NCBI RefSeq assembly: GCF_001194135.2
Contig: NC_068988.1
Span: forward strand, 34,107,783 to 34,150,783
Origin: Octopus bimaculoides
Lineage: Eukaryota
Direction: 5' to 3'
Length of the DNA stretch: 43,001 nt
This document shows positions 24,660 through 37,348 of this stretch, piece by piece. Position 1 is the stretch's first letter. Every line of letters begins with the position of its first letter. The position numbers and the translations under genes are program-made. The notes under the pieces are model-generated. The model was given only the letters and a program-made list of their open reading frames with translations. It searched no databases and was not told where the DNA came from.

Positions 24660-25008
24660 CAATGGTTTTGAATCGGGGTCCATATGGTCCCCGAAGTTCC
24701 ATGAAATAGTGTTGGGGGTCTACTCAACAAACTTGTAAATTGGGTATCCGCAATAGTATTTTAAAGGCCACTGAAAAAGTTTTGGTTTTGATGTATGTAT
24801 TGATGTGTATATCAATAACAGCTAGGTTTCTTTCTCTAGCATTTTACAGAGCTCAGCCTACACAAGTTAATATGCGATAAACAAAATAGGAATTTTGAAA
24901 GAAGTGTCTATAAAACTAGTTTTTAATCATCGTATTTTTATGGGGGACCCACTAGAATAAAATAGTAGTAAACGGTATTTATAGATAAAATTGGCTGTGA
25001 ACACCTAC
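24660..25008. mobile_element. Decayed hAT/Charlie-type MITE (~350 bp)
   Basis: The start caatggttttgaatcggggtccatatggtcccc and the end gggggacccac...aaaattggctgtgaacacc resemble Charlie-type cagtggtt..ggggtcc / ggttgagaaccactg termini. Confidence 0.5.
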
Positions 25009-26168
25009 AGTTTAATGCAACTCCAGCATTCATAACCTGCAATTCATGCAAAGACACTGCTGATTCTGATGCAATTAATGGCGCTAAATTGTTCGCATCG
25101 AACCAAATTAGCATGAAATTAATGAAACAACCTTATTAAAAAAAACACACTCTTCAGAAATGAATTGAGCAAGAACAGAAACCCCTTAAACAATCCTTTA
25201 AATTCCTCATACTTGCAAATGAGTATGCAGTCGTCAAAGTATTGAGAACAAGTAGCAATAAAAGTTCAAAAAGAATCAGTCAGGTTACATATCGTACCAT
25301 TAAGGAATTGAAAGGACTTCTTTGCGCATTAAAAATAAAATTTTGCGTAGACCGACTCGGAATGTGTACATCTTAAGTTAGATCAAACCTAACATCTTTC
25401 AAATGCGGTAGTGTGTACATCGAATCCCACTCAAAAGTGATTTGAGAGTAGTTAGCTTTCGCATTCTTGCTACCACCCACAAAATTAGAAACATTATGAC
25501 TCCATAGGACATTGGATTGTTAGTGCTACCGTTGTCATCTTCAGAGTCAATTGTTTGAAAATAGTTACAAGTAACTTACATATACGTAGATAAACGTAAC
25601 ACATATGGTCGTATTTTCAAGGGAGGAAGGAGTTGAGCATAATATTCTTCAAAGCAGAAGATAGGACGGTTATTGCTTGAGTACATTTGATATCGAAACA
25701 AATATCATGAACAATAACATGATGTGTACAGTGCACAGTGATTAATTTAGGATAACTAAAATCTATCGAAAGCAATTCGTATATAAAAGTATCACTAACA
25801 TTCTTATCTCACACCTTCACTTTCTTTCTCTATAATTCTCTCAAACAGCCTCATAGACAAACACACACATAAATGTGTATATNNNNNNNNNNNNNNNNNN
25901 NNNNNNNNNNNNNNNNNNNNNNNNNNNNNNNNNNNNNNNNNNNNNNNNNNNNNNNNNNNNNNNNNNNNNNNNNNNNNNNNNNNNNNNNNNNNNNNNNNNN
26001 NNNNNNNNNNNNNNNNNNNNNNNNNNNNNNNNNNNNNNNNNNNNNNNNNNNNNNNNNNNNNNNNNNNNNNNNNNNNNNNNNNNNNNNNNNNNNNNNNNNN
26101 NNNNNNNNNNNNNNNNNNNNNNNNNNNNNNNNNNNNNNNNNNNNNNNNNNNNNNNNNNNNNNNNNNNN

Positions 26169-26223
<55 letters not shown>

Positions 26224-26258
26224 ATGTATATATATATACATATATACATAAATACATG

Positions 26259-26413
26259 CGACGGACTTCTTTCAGCGTCTGTCTAAGAAATCCCCTCACA
26301 ATCCTTTTGTCGGCCCGAAGCTATGGTAGAAGACACTTGTCCAAAGTGTCACACAGTGGAACTGAACAAGTAACCATGTGGTTGGAAAGCAAGTTTCTTA
26401 CCACACAGCCACG
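26259..26413 (-). mobile_element. tRNA-derived SINE, 5' half
   Basis: Reverse complement begins cgtggctgtgtggtaagaaacttgctttccaaccacatgg...gttcagttccactg. Confidence 0.85.
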
Positions 26414-26469
26414 TATGTTTGTTCTATGTTTGTATTCTCATGCATATACTTACATATCTAGACATGCTC

Positions 26470-27420
26470 ATAAATACATAAATGATAGACTTTTGGAGAG
26501 TTTTGCAGATTTTTACAATTCCACTCACAGATTGCACTTGTAACGTACGAATTAGCCGGTCAGTTTCTCTTGCTGAAAATCCCCGTTTATCCAGATTCTC
26601 CTTTAAGCATTTACTAACAAAATTCATAGTCTGGATATACAAGCCGGAGGTTTCGAAGCAGTTGTCCTTAGACATCCTCTTTTACTTTGAGTTTGAAAGA
26701 GCTATTTATACCTGCAGGGCAGCTAAACACCATGACGGTACATACCTTTGCAGCTGTGTCCCGAATAACAATATCCTGCTTATTTTTATATTATACAGAA
26801 GCTTTGATAGGAATATTCCACCAGTATTTCTTGAGCTGGTATTTATGAATGTATTTCAAAGGAGAGGGATTTTCTAAGTTTATTTCAGGATAGTCTTTTT
26901 TGCGGATGGCACTGTAAATTGTTTTAGCAACAACATCGTGCTGCATAGGGTGGTAGTACCTCGACGACATTTTAGTACAGCTGCTAATCACATACGTGAT
27001 GTCTTGCACAGAAACATTACATGGCCTACACATGCAATTGTACTATGGGATTACAAGAGCCTCACTGTCTCTCTTGTTCACCAGATATTTTGTGGAAATC
27101 TTCTGTTCTTGGATTGCCAACGCATAGCCTTCAAATTTTGATATAATGTAGTGGTCGTGTGTCTAAGAGAGGCTGCGCTTAGTGTCAATTCTACTATCTT
27201 CTTCAAGGTTCCGGGCAACATACCCTTGAATCTTTTATTTTTTTTGTATGTTGAGTGCTTTCCATCCAGATCTTCTCTGAGGTAAGAGAGCCTAGCTGTT
27301 TTAGCGCTGTATAGGAAATCATATGGAAGAGAGTGCTTCTTGAGGAGTTCACTGCTTACGCGTATAATGTTGCTCACATCACTTTTCAGCACTATATTTA
27401 TATATTTATTTGTGCTGCTG
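26470..27420 (-). mobile_element. R4/Dong-like RLE non-LTR retrotransposon 3' remnant, copy 2
   Basis: EGYALAIQEQKISTKYL, CRPCNVSVQDITYVISSC..HDVVAKTIY, WWNIPIK, NKQDIVI (PD motif), FSCP, YPDY, SVSGIVKICKT. Same family as 10500-11112, with a ~35-nt deletion near 26621. Confidence 0.88.
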
Positions 27421-27431
27421 TTGTTCAGTAG

Positions 27432-27502
27432 TATGTATGTATAAATATATGTATGTATGCTTGTATGTATGTATGTATGTATGTATGTATGTATGTATGT
27501 AT
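27432..27502. repeat. (TATG)n microsatellite
   Basis: Direct reading. Confidence 0.95.
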
Positions 27503-28318
27503 CTATATATTATTATTATTTTAAAATTTTATTTAAGTTCTTGAAAGACCTCAAGGCGATCGGTAACAAAACAAAGACTTTTATAGTGAAGAGAGCTTCT
27601 GTAGTTTGTAGATATGTGCTTGAGTTGGTGTGTTAGTTGACCTGTCGATGCATACACTCAAGTGTGCGCATCTAATCACATAGGAATCTCAGGTGGAGGA
27701 TTCTTGAACTTTCTTACAAATTTTCCCTGTTCCAATAATAGATTGGGTTTGGAGAAACCATGATTCTTTTTAATTATTTTTTCTTTCTCCGACAAACTGA
27801 GTATTTCTAGTTTTATGTACAAATTTGTTGCAACATAACTTAATGGACCTATGATGATAGGTGCAAATGAGAATTCATAGTCAGGTTACAAGACATGTAA
27901 GGTCCGCATATGCATGTAGGTCTGTATGTATGTATGTGCGTATGTGTGTGTGTATCTATATATATGCTTGTCTGTGTACATATACATGCGTACGTACATA
28001 TGAATTATACATATAATCACAAACACACACATATACACAAGGACACACATTTACAAAGAAAATGTGGACAGCGACATCGAAGCTTTGTCGATCGTAACCC
28101 CCATCAGGTCATAATTTGCGAGATGAGGTTAAAGATTATTTAAAAACTTCTGCTTTACCATTTAGGTGTGACTTAGTGCTTGTAATGTATGTGTTGTTTA
28201 ATAAAGTATTTTGAGACATAAATTACAATTCTTGTGTGGGTGAGCGTAGAATGGCATTTTCATATGTATACTCCTATATTAATACATGGTATACGACTTT
28301 TCAATAAATGTACATAGA

Positions 28319-28455
28319 AAAAGAAGAAGAAGAAGAAGAAGAAGAAAAAGAAGAAGAAGAAGAAGAAGAAGAAGAAGAAGAAGAAGAAGAAGAAGAAGAA
28401 GAAGAAGAAGAAAAAGAAGAAGAAGAAAAAGAAGAAGATGATGATGATGATGATT

Positions 28456-28487
<32 letters not shown>

Positions 28488-28637
28488 AACGATGATGATG
28501 ATGACGATGATGAGGAAGATGATGAAGAAGATGATGATGATGATGATGATGATGGTGATGGTGGTGATGATGGTGATGATGATGATCATCATGATCATGA
28601 TCATGATGATGATAATAATGATGATCATGATGATGAT
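28319..28637. repeat. Compound (GAA)n then (GAT)n trinucleotide array
   Basis: Direct reading; ~120 bp GAA followed by ~200 bp degenerate GAT. Confidence 0.96.
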
Positions 28638-29353
28638 GAAGGAGAAGACGTTACATACACACTAAGTCCAATGATTGGCGAAACTTCAAAGTCACTGTCA
28701 ACAATTTCCTTGTAACGATAAACATGATATTCAATTCAAATATATTGAGTGATCCTTCAACAGAAGAGACAAAATGTTGCAAGATGTTATAAAAGCAGGA
28801 AACAGATGTGGTAAAAAAAAAAGCAATACAATAGTTATTTCGTTTTTTTTTTTTTTAATTCACCAAATCGTAATAGTCTATTACTAATTTGTGTTAAATT
28901 TTCCTTGGTTTTTTATTTATTTATTTATTTATGTATATACTTATTTATTTATTTATTTATGTATATACTTATTTATTTATTTATATTATGTTTGCAGCTG
29001 GCTATGCCTCACTTATACAAATGTAAGTGTTTAACATTATCACCAATTTTCTTGATTCTTGAGAATCTATTGCAGAAATAAGATTCTGAAACACCTTTCG
29101 TAGACAAAATATTGAGTTGGGAAGTGTGTTTTCTTTTTTCCTTTTTTTCTTTTTCGGTAATTATTTTGTTTTTCATTCAGTTATTCGTATTTTCTTTAGT
29201 TACAGCAAAGCAAAATTCTAAATTGGTATGGTAAAGAATAATGGAGAAGGAAAATAGTTATTTTCATTTCTAGTATATCTCTAAGTCTTCATTACTGAGA
29301 TGTACTAAAAGGTATAGAATATAACGTATATACACATACCTACATATGTGTAT

Positions 29354-29384
<31 letters not shown>

Positions 29385-30248
29385 NNNNNNNNNNNNNNNN
29401 NNNNNNNNNNNNNNNNNNNNNNNNNNNNNNNNNNNNNNNNNNNNNNNNNNNNNNNNNNNNNNNNNNNNNNNNNNNNNNNNNNNNNNNNNNNNNNNNNNNN
29501 NNNNNNNNNNNNNNNNNNNNNNNNNNNNNNNNNNNNNNNNNNNNNNNNNNNNNNNNNNNNNNNNNNNNNNNNNNNNNNNNNNNNNNNNNNNNNNNNNNNN
29601 NNNNNNNNNNNNNNNNNNNNNNNNNNNNNNNNNNNNNNNNNNNNNNNNNNNNNNNNNNNNNNNNNNNNNNNNNNNNNNNNNNNNNNNNNNNNNNNNNNNN
29701 NNNNNNNNNNNNNNNNNNNNNNNNNNNNNNNNNNNNNNNNNNNNNNNNNNNNNNNNNNNNNNNNNNNNNNNNNNNNNNNNNNNNNNNNNNNNNNNNNNNN
29801 NNNNNNNNNNNNNNNNNNNNNNNNNNNNNNNNNNNNNNNNNNNNNNNNNNNNNNNNNNNNNNNNNNNNNNNNNNNNNNNNNNNNNNNNNNNNNNNNNNNN
29901 NNNNNNNNNNNNNNNNNNNNNNNNNNNNNNNNNNNNNNNNNNNNNNNNNNNNNNNNNNNNNNNNNNNNNNNNNNNNNNNNNNNNNNNNNNNNNNNNNNNN
30001 NNNNNNNNNNNNNNNNNNNNNNNNNNNNNNNNNNNNNNNNNNNNNNNNNNNNNNNNNNNNNNNNNNNNNNNNNNNNNNNNNNNNNNNNNNNNNNNNNNNN
30101 NNNNNNNNNNNNNNNNNNNNNNNNNNNNNNNNNNNNNNNNNNNNNNNNNNNNNNNNNNNNNNNNNNNNNNNNNNNNNNNNTATACATATATATATATATA
30201 TATGTATGTATACGTGTGTATGTTTGTAAGTAGGTATTTATAAACAAA

Positions 30249-30273
30249 GATAGATAGATAGATAAATAAATAA

Positions 30274-30312
<39 letters not shown>
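30249..30312. repeat. (GATA)n microsatellite abutting the Tx1 3' end
   Basis: Direct reading. Confidence 0.93.
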
Positions 30313-30313
<1 letters not shown>

Positions 30314-32835
30314 GTTTCTTTATTAGCCACATACGACCGAACACAGAGGGAACAAAATGCAATGTAGAGCTTTTCTTTTCGAAAATAGAAAAAAAGGAGA
30401 AAAATTAAATCCCGATCAAAAGTGATCGTGAGAAGGAAAAGAAACCATCAAAGGGGATTGTATATCACAGAAAAAAATTTAAAGTGCAAAAAGCCAGATT
30501 AGGTTTATCTGTGAAAAGAAAAGCCAACGGAAAAGACCACGGTAACCTCAGCAGGGAGGGAATAAACACATACGAGCAAAGTGCTCTCTCTCCCTCTTCT
30601 TTCGATTTACAGGATCATACTCAAAGTCACTCGCACGCACCATTTTGCTATATTCACGCACCTTTTATTGAAACTTTCACGAGACAAAACTTGCCTCTCT
30701 ATTTTCACCTTCCTTTTCAAGTGGTACATGAAAAAGTTGATGAGCTATTGACCAGAGAGGTAAGTGCTTGTCTCTAAACCTTTCGCTCGAGTCCACCACA
30801 CACACTCTTTCACCATGGACACCAGTACGATGAAGACTGCTTTGCCTTCCCGGTTAAGGGAAGGCAGCGGAGCAATTTTCCCGCTAGACTCGGTTGATTG
30901 GCGGAATCGTCCCAGACGTGACAGCAGCCGAAATTGTTGAACACTGCACGAGTGCGTGCAGAACGGTTTCGTCGCTCTGACCACATCTCGGACAAGTCGG
31001 TCGGTCCGGTGTGTGTCGAACCGTGCCTGTAAAGATTATCCCGAACGGGTAATGCTTCTCGATAGCATTGCCAAGTCAGGGATCTTTGATGATTGTCCAT
31101 AGGTCCCGGCCAGAAAGTTGTCCTGAACAGGCGGGTCAGGTGTTCTTCGACGACACCCAAATTCTGACTGAGAACGTCGTCGCGCCTCCCCTCCACTAAT
31201 CCTCTATAGAACGCCTTTGTGGAGTTCAAGTCGCACAAGTTTGGTCCCGGACGGCAGAGTTGCTTGAGAGCAAGGCGGCACTCGTGGTGCCATTCGCCTA
31301 GCCTCGGTCTCTGTTTGNNNNNNNNNNNNNNNNNNNNNNNNNNNNNNNNNNNNNNNNNNNNNNNNNNNNNNNNNNNNNNNNNNNNNNNNNNNNNNNNNNN
31401 NNNNNNNNNNNNNNNNNNNNNNNNNNNNNNNNNNNNNNNNNNNNNNNNNNNNNNNNNNNNNNNNNNNNNNNNNNNNNNNNNNNNNNNNNNNNNNNNNNNN
31501 NNNNNNNNNNNNNNNNNNNNNNNNNNNNNNNNNNNNNNNNNNNNNNNNNNNNNNNNNNNNNNNNNNNNNNNNNNNNNNNNNNNNNNNNNNNNNNNNNNNN
31601 NNNNNNNNNNNNNNNNNNNNNNNNNNNNNNNNNNNNNNNNNNNNNNNNNNNNNNNNNNNNNNNNNNNNNNNNNNNNNNNNNNNNNNNNNNNNNNNNNNNN
31701 NNNNNNNNNNNNNNNNNNNNNNNNNNNNNNNNNNNNNNNNNNNNNNNNNNNNNNNNNNNNNNNNNNNNNNNNNNNNNNNNNNNNNNNNNNNNNNNNNNNN
31801 NNNNNNNNNNNNNNNNNNNNNNNNNNNNNNNNNNNNNNNNNNTCCCGTTACCGCTTCGTATTGTTTTAGTGTCTCGCCGACCAGATCGATATGCCTGTGG
31901 CTCGACAGTATCGCGGTGATGTCGTCCGCGTATGCAGACACACTCCTGTCACATCCCAGCTCTCACGAGTTGCCCCTCATCGTCGCTAGTCTCCATAGTA
32001 GTGGCTCAAGAGTAAATACGTACAGAATTGACGAGAGGGGGCATCCTTGACAAACCAATCACGTGATGTTAAAAGGTCTGGACAGATGACCATTTGCATG
32101 AACTACCGAGCGGATGCCGCTGTATAAGACAGCGATCCAACCACGGAAGATGGGACCGAAACCAGCCGCTGTAAGACAGACTCCAAGTAGTGATTGTCTA
32201 CCCTCTCAAAAGCTTTTGAGTGATCCAAATTGATCAGCTTCCCACCCATGCCAGGTTCCTTAACTACCCTGATGTACCGCATCAGTTGGTGGTTGTTATG
32301 GATACTCCTACCCGACACGGCGGACATTTGCGCCTTCTCGACCAGTTTCTTGATGTCAAGCGCCAACCTCTCGGCTAACACCTTGGCCAAAATCTTCAAG
32401 ACTGCGTTGAGGAGAGTGATGGGCCTGAAGTTATCTATGACGTTCTCCTTGTTTGGATCTTTCTTTAGCAGTGCCACCGCTCCTCGCTTTACAGAGACGG
32501 AGATACTCCCCTTTTGCTGCCAGTTGCAGTAGACAGTTGCCATGACACCTCCAAACAAGTCTGGCATATAACAATAAAGTTCCTAGGGCAGACCATACGC
32601 AGCCTGCCATTGCATCTCGTACGTCTGCGGATGTGATAGGTCTTTCACAACACTCCGCCTCTCTTGCCAATTGTCGTTGTATACTATGCAGGTAGGCACT
32701 AAAGTCCACTCTGCGTTCTGACACACCAGCTGTCCCGAACAGTCGGGCAAAGTGTTGTTGAAAGGCCTCACACATCCAATCAGGTTCGAGTAATTCGAAC
32801 ACCTGCTCATCTGCCAGGGACCTAACGCTGGCTTT
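30313..32835 (-). mobile_element. Tx1/L1-clade LINE, 5'-truncated, with intact-looking 3' end
   Basis: Minus strand reads LLKKDPNKENVIDNFRPITLLNAVLKILAKVLAERL, LDHSKAFERV, SAYADDIT, C-terminal CYREALPVRD and CPRC..ETVLHALVQC. ORF2 stop near 30607, T-rich 3' UTR, AATAAA at 30319-24, then (TATC)n. Confidence 0.9.
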
Positions 32836-34351
32836 GTTAAGTGATATAATGTAACCATATTTTAAAACTAAAGTAATATACTCGTAGAATCATGAATAAA
32901 GACGAATATATAGCAAAACACACGAATATACCACGAGAAAGATATATTTATAATGGTTCAGCGTATTTGCACCACTAATTAGAAGTTAGCCTGAGTGAAA
33001 GAATCACAGCTTTAAATGAACAAGCTAATTATGTCCGCAATATTGAAAAGAATTTATCCACGTATACATCTAGCGAAAAGTCAAAATGGTGAAACAAACC
33101 TAACGCTTCCGACCTGTAGTTTTTCAGACGCATACAACAAGTACAGACGAATATAAATATCATACCTCGATATCGCTAAAATAAAAAAAAACTTTCGTTT
33201 ATCAAACCACAATGTGAGAATATATCAGGTCTTTTCTGACAGATGAATCGATAAATGTAGGACGCAATTTCTAACGAATTTTTATCAACCAATCAAATTT
33301 TGATGACCAGTCTTATTTCCATATGTTTTAATCGGCCTATATATTTTGACGTTTTCTCCTTATTTCAATACTTTGAATGGCCGGTAACGTGCAGCTTCTA
33401 ATAAATTTCATACACTATATTTTATCATGAGGGTAGTATTTTTCTTCATTGGCAAGCATAGGTGCTCGTCAATTCCTCTATATCATTCTAAAATAGATCC
33501 GTATGTATGCATGTATATAAATAGATATACTTTCATTTGCATATATATATNNNNNNNNNNNNNNNNNNNNNNNNNNNNNNNNNNNNNNNNNNNNNNNNNN
33601 NNNNNNNNNNNNNNNNNNNNNNNNNNNNNNNNNNNNNNNNNNNNNNNNNNNNNNNNNNNNNNNNNNNNNNNNNNNNNNNNNNNNNNNNNNNNNNNNNNNN
33701 NNNNNNNNNNNNNNNNNNNNNNNNNNNNNNNNNNNNNNNNNNTTTCTCCTTAACCATAAATATTTTCCTTAATTTTCCTACGTAATAAATTTTTTTCATT
33801 CTTTTTACTAATTTCACATTCCTATTTAAAAAAAAAACTGTTGGACCATTTCTCCCGCCAACTGTCTTATTTCCTAAATGTCCAAATAGTTATATCTCTT
33901 AATCTTAATGATATTATTAGCCTTATTTATTCCATATTTTATTAACTAGTATATACTGTGCTATGCTTTTTCGGGCCCCTTACAACATATACAATTTGCT
34001 CTTTCATTTATTTATTTATCTTATCCCGTAAAACAGTCTCAATAACTGGTCGTTTTGTTTCTAAATTTTAACTGACCAATTATATTGAACGCTGGACTTT
34101 GGTCTATCTCACTTCGGACATGAGGTTGATGGGTTTAATTACCTACTAGAGAGTAAAAAAAATTGCATTTAATCGATTATCACTTTATTGCGATAAATAA
34201 TATTAACTAGTACTAATAAAAATAATTATTAAAAAATATTATGATTAATTTACAGCCTTATCGTATCTTCGCCCCTTCTTCGACTAAAACCTATTGGCGT
34301 ATCCCGCTATTATCCTTATTCTTCTATAGGCTCTTTTTTTAAATTTATTCT

Positions 34352-34455
34352 TCACTGTGATGAAGCTCCATGTCTCAAATCGGTTGTATTATCAAATACA
34401 ATAAATATTTTTAGCATATCATAGAACTTTGGAAGCGGAAACAGCTGTTAGATGG
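34352..34455 (+). ncRNA. Decayed hammerhead ribozyme related to the 6562 motif
   Basis: cact-gTGATGA-agctcc...ggaagcg-GAAA-CAGCTG-T-T-agatgg. Shares GAAACAGCTGTnAGAT with 6679-6694. C3 is mutated and stems I and II are damaged. Confidence 0.5.
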
Positions 34456-34548
34456 TATACAGTCTATTTGTATTGAACTAATAAATAATAACTGACGTAA
34501 GTCAATTGTTGTTCATTAATATTTCTCCATTTTCTCTTTTCTTTACAT

Positions 34549-34581
<33 letters not shown>

Positions 34582-34643
34582 GTATGTAGAGAGAGAGACA
34601 CACACACACACACGCACACACACGCGCACACAGACACACACAA

Positions 34644-34702
<59 letters not shown>

Positions 34703-35717
34703 TANNNNNNNNNNNNNNNNNNNNNNNNNNNNNNNNNNNNNNNNNNNNNNNNNNNNNNNNNNNNNNNNNNNNNNNNNNNNNNNNNNNNNNNNNNNNNNNN
34801 NNNNNNNNNNNNNNNNNNNNNNNNNNNNNNNNNNNNNNNNNNNNNNNNNNNNNNNNNNNNNNNNNNNNNNNNNNNNNNNNNNNNNNNNNNNNNNNNNNNN
34901 NNNNNNNNNNNNNNNNNNNNNNNNNNNNNNNNNNNNNNNNNNNNNNNNNNNNNNNNNNNNNNNNNNNNNNNNNNNNNNNNNNNNNNNNNNNNNNNNNNNN
35001 NNNNNNNNNNNNNNNNNNNNNNNNNNNNNNNNNNNNNNNNNNNNNNNNNNNNNNNNNNNNNNNNNNNNNNNNNNNNNNNNNNNNNNNNNNNNNNNNNNNN
35101 NNNNNNNNNNNNNNNNNNNNNNNNNNNATATATATACATACATACATATATATATGCATACATATATACATACATACATACATTTATATATGCTCATTAA
35201 TTTATAGTTTATATAGCTGATATTAATGAGCTAACGATGTATATTACCATAGACCATTTTGCTTCGAAGAAGTTGTACATAACACGGAATAAATAGAGTA
35301 TCGAAAATAATTCCAGATCAAACGTAGATGTCAAAAACAATAAAAATGTTAACAACAAACATGAAACCAACAACAATGTGATTGTTCGAAAAGGAGAGCA
35401 TTTGGATCATTTTACACTATTAGAGCCAACAACCTTTAGCTTATACATTCACAAAACAAGATGGCATTTCTATTTAGCTAAGAAAGAAGACTCATGCTAC
35501 GTAAGAAATAATTCAATTACGAACTATGCAGGTGTACTGTCTAGAATTTAGCAATCTATCTTCGAGAACCACTTGTAGTTCAGACATATTTGTCCTACCA
35601 TTACACGTGAGTGCAAGGACAGGAACATGACGTGTGTGAGTTTTGAGTTGTGAGTATGGAATGTGTGTGTCTGTGTGCGTGTGCATTTGTGTGTATGTAT
35701 ATATGAATGTGTATATA

Positions 35718-35896
35718 CTCTTTAATTCTTTAATTCTTTTACTTGTTTCAGTCATTTGAATGCGACCATGCTAGAGGACCGCCTTGAAATGATTTTAGTC
35801 GAACAAATCAATCCCAGGACGTAAACACACCAACACCGTTTGTCAAGCAATGTTGGGGGGGGGGGAGAACCACAGATACAAAACAAACACACATAA

Positions 35897-35962
<66 letters not shown>

Positions 35963-36072
35963 ATATATATACATACATACATACATACATGCATACGACG
36001 AGTTTCTTTCAGTTTCTGTCTACTAAATTCACTCACAAGGATTTAGTCGGCCCATGGTTATAGAACAAGACA
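35718..36072 (-). mobile_element. tRNA-derived SINE (head missing, internal deletion)
   Basis: cttttacttgtttcagtcatttgaatgcgaccatgc...gtaaacacaccaacaccgtttgtcaagc...ttctttcagtttctgtctactaaattcactcacaagg. Confidence 0.85.
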
Positions 36073-36083
36073 CACACATATGT

Positions 36084-36472
36084 GCGTGGCTGTGTAGTAA
36101 CACGCTTGCTTCCCAGCTATGTGGTTTCAGGTTCAGTCCCACTGCGTGGTACCTTCGACATGTATCTTCTTCTGTAGTCCTGGACCGATCAAAGCCCTGT
36201 GAGTGGATTTCGTAGTCCAAAACTGAATAAGAAGCCCATCGTGTGTGTGTGGGGGGGGTCTGTTTGTTACCCTACCACCGCTTGACAACCGATGCTGGTG
36301 TGTTAATCTCCCGTAAATTAGCGGCTCGGCGAAAGAGACCGACAGAATAAGTGCCGGATTTAAAAAATAAGGACTAGGATCGATATATTCAACTAAAAAT
36401 TCTTCAAGGTGCTGCCCCAGCATGACCGCAGTCTGGTGTCTGAAACAAATAAAAGATAAAAGATAAAAGAAA
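36084..36472 (+). mobile_element. tRNA-derived SINE, full length
   Basis: Head gcgtggctgtgtagtaa...ggttcagtcccactgcgtgg (B-box-like), body ttgacaaccgatgctggtgtg, tail (ataaaag)n. Confidence 0.9.
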
Positions 36473-37286
36473 ATAGATATATGCGAAGGCGTGCTGAAAG
36501 GTTACGGGCTTTAAAAGCATCAGGAAAGGCCTGTTTCGAGTTGTTTTACAGGGCTTAGAAAAACTGAATGACCACTGCAATAACTGTGAATCTGAGAGAA
36601 GGATATGGTGAATAAACATCCTNNNNNNNNNNNNNNNNNNNNNNNNNNNNNNNNNNNNNNNNNNNNNNNNNNNNNNNNNNNNNNNNNNNNNNNNNNNNNN
36701 NNNNNNNNNNNNNNNNNNNNNNNNNNNNNNNNNNNNNNNNNNNNNNNNNNNNNNNNNNNNNNNNNNNNNNNNNNNNNNNNNNNNNNNNNNNNNNNNNNNN
36801 NNNNNNNNNNNNNNNNNNNNNNNNNNNNNNNNNNNNNNNNNNNNNNNNNNNNNNNNNNNNNNNNNNNNNNNNNNNNNNNNNNNNNNNNNNNNNNNNNNNN
36901 NNNNNNNNNNNNNNNNNNNNNNNNNNNNNNNNNNNNNNNNNNNNNNNNNNNNNNNNNNNNNNNNNNNNNNNNNNNNNNNNNNNNNNNNNNNNNNNNNNNN
37001 NNNNNNNNNNNNNNNNNNNNNNNNNNNNNNNNNNNNNNNNNNNNNNNNNNNNNNNNNNNNNNNNNNNNNNNNNNNNNNNNNNNNNNNNNNNNNNNNNNNN
37101 NNNNNNNNNNNNNNNNNNNNNNNNNNNNNNNNNNNNNNNNNNNNNNNNNNNNNNNNNNNNNNNNNNNNNNNNNNNNNNNNNNNNNNNNNNNNNNNNNNNN
37201 NNNNNNNNNNNNNNNNNNNNNNNNNNNNNNNNNNNNNNNNNNNNNNNNNNNNNNNNNNNNNNNNNNNNNNNNNNNNNNNNNNNNNN

Positions 37287-37342
<56 letters not shown>
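37287..37342. repeat. (GA)n microsatellite
   Basis: Direct reading, next to a gap. Confidence 0.93.

Positions 37343-37348
<6 letters not shown>

Noticed and set aside
28308-28715. 135-aa acidic E/D-rich ORF
   Set aside because: Entirely explained by the GAA/GAT repeat; no splice context or recognisable domain.
36084-36160. tRNA gene-like sequences at SINE heads
   Set aside because: No complete cloverleaf; each is attached to a SINE body, so they are tRNA-derived heads, not tRNA genes.
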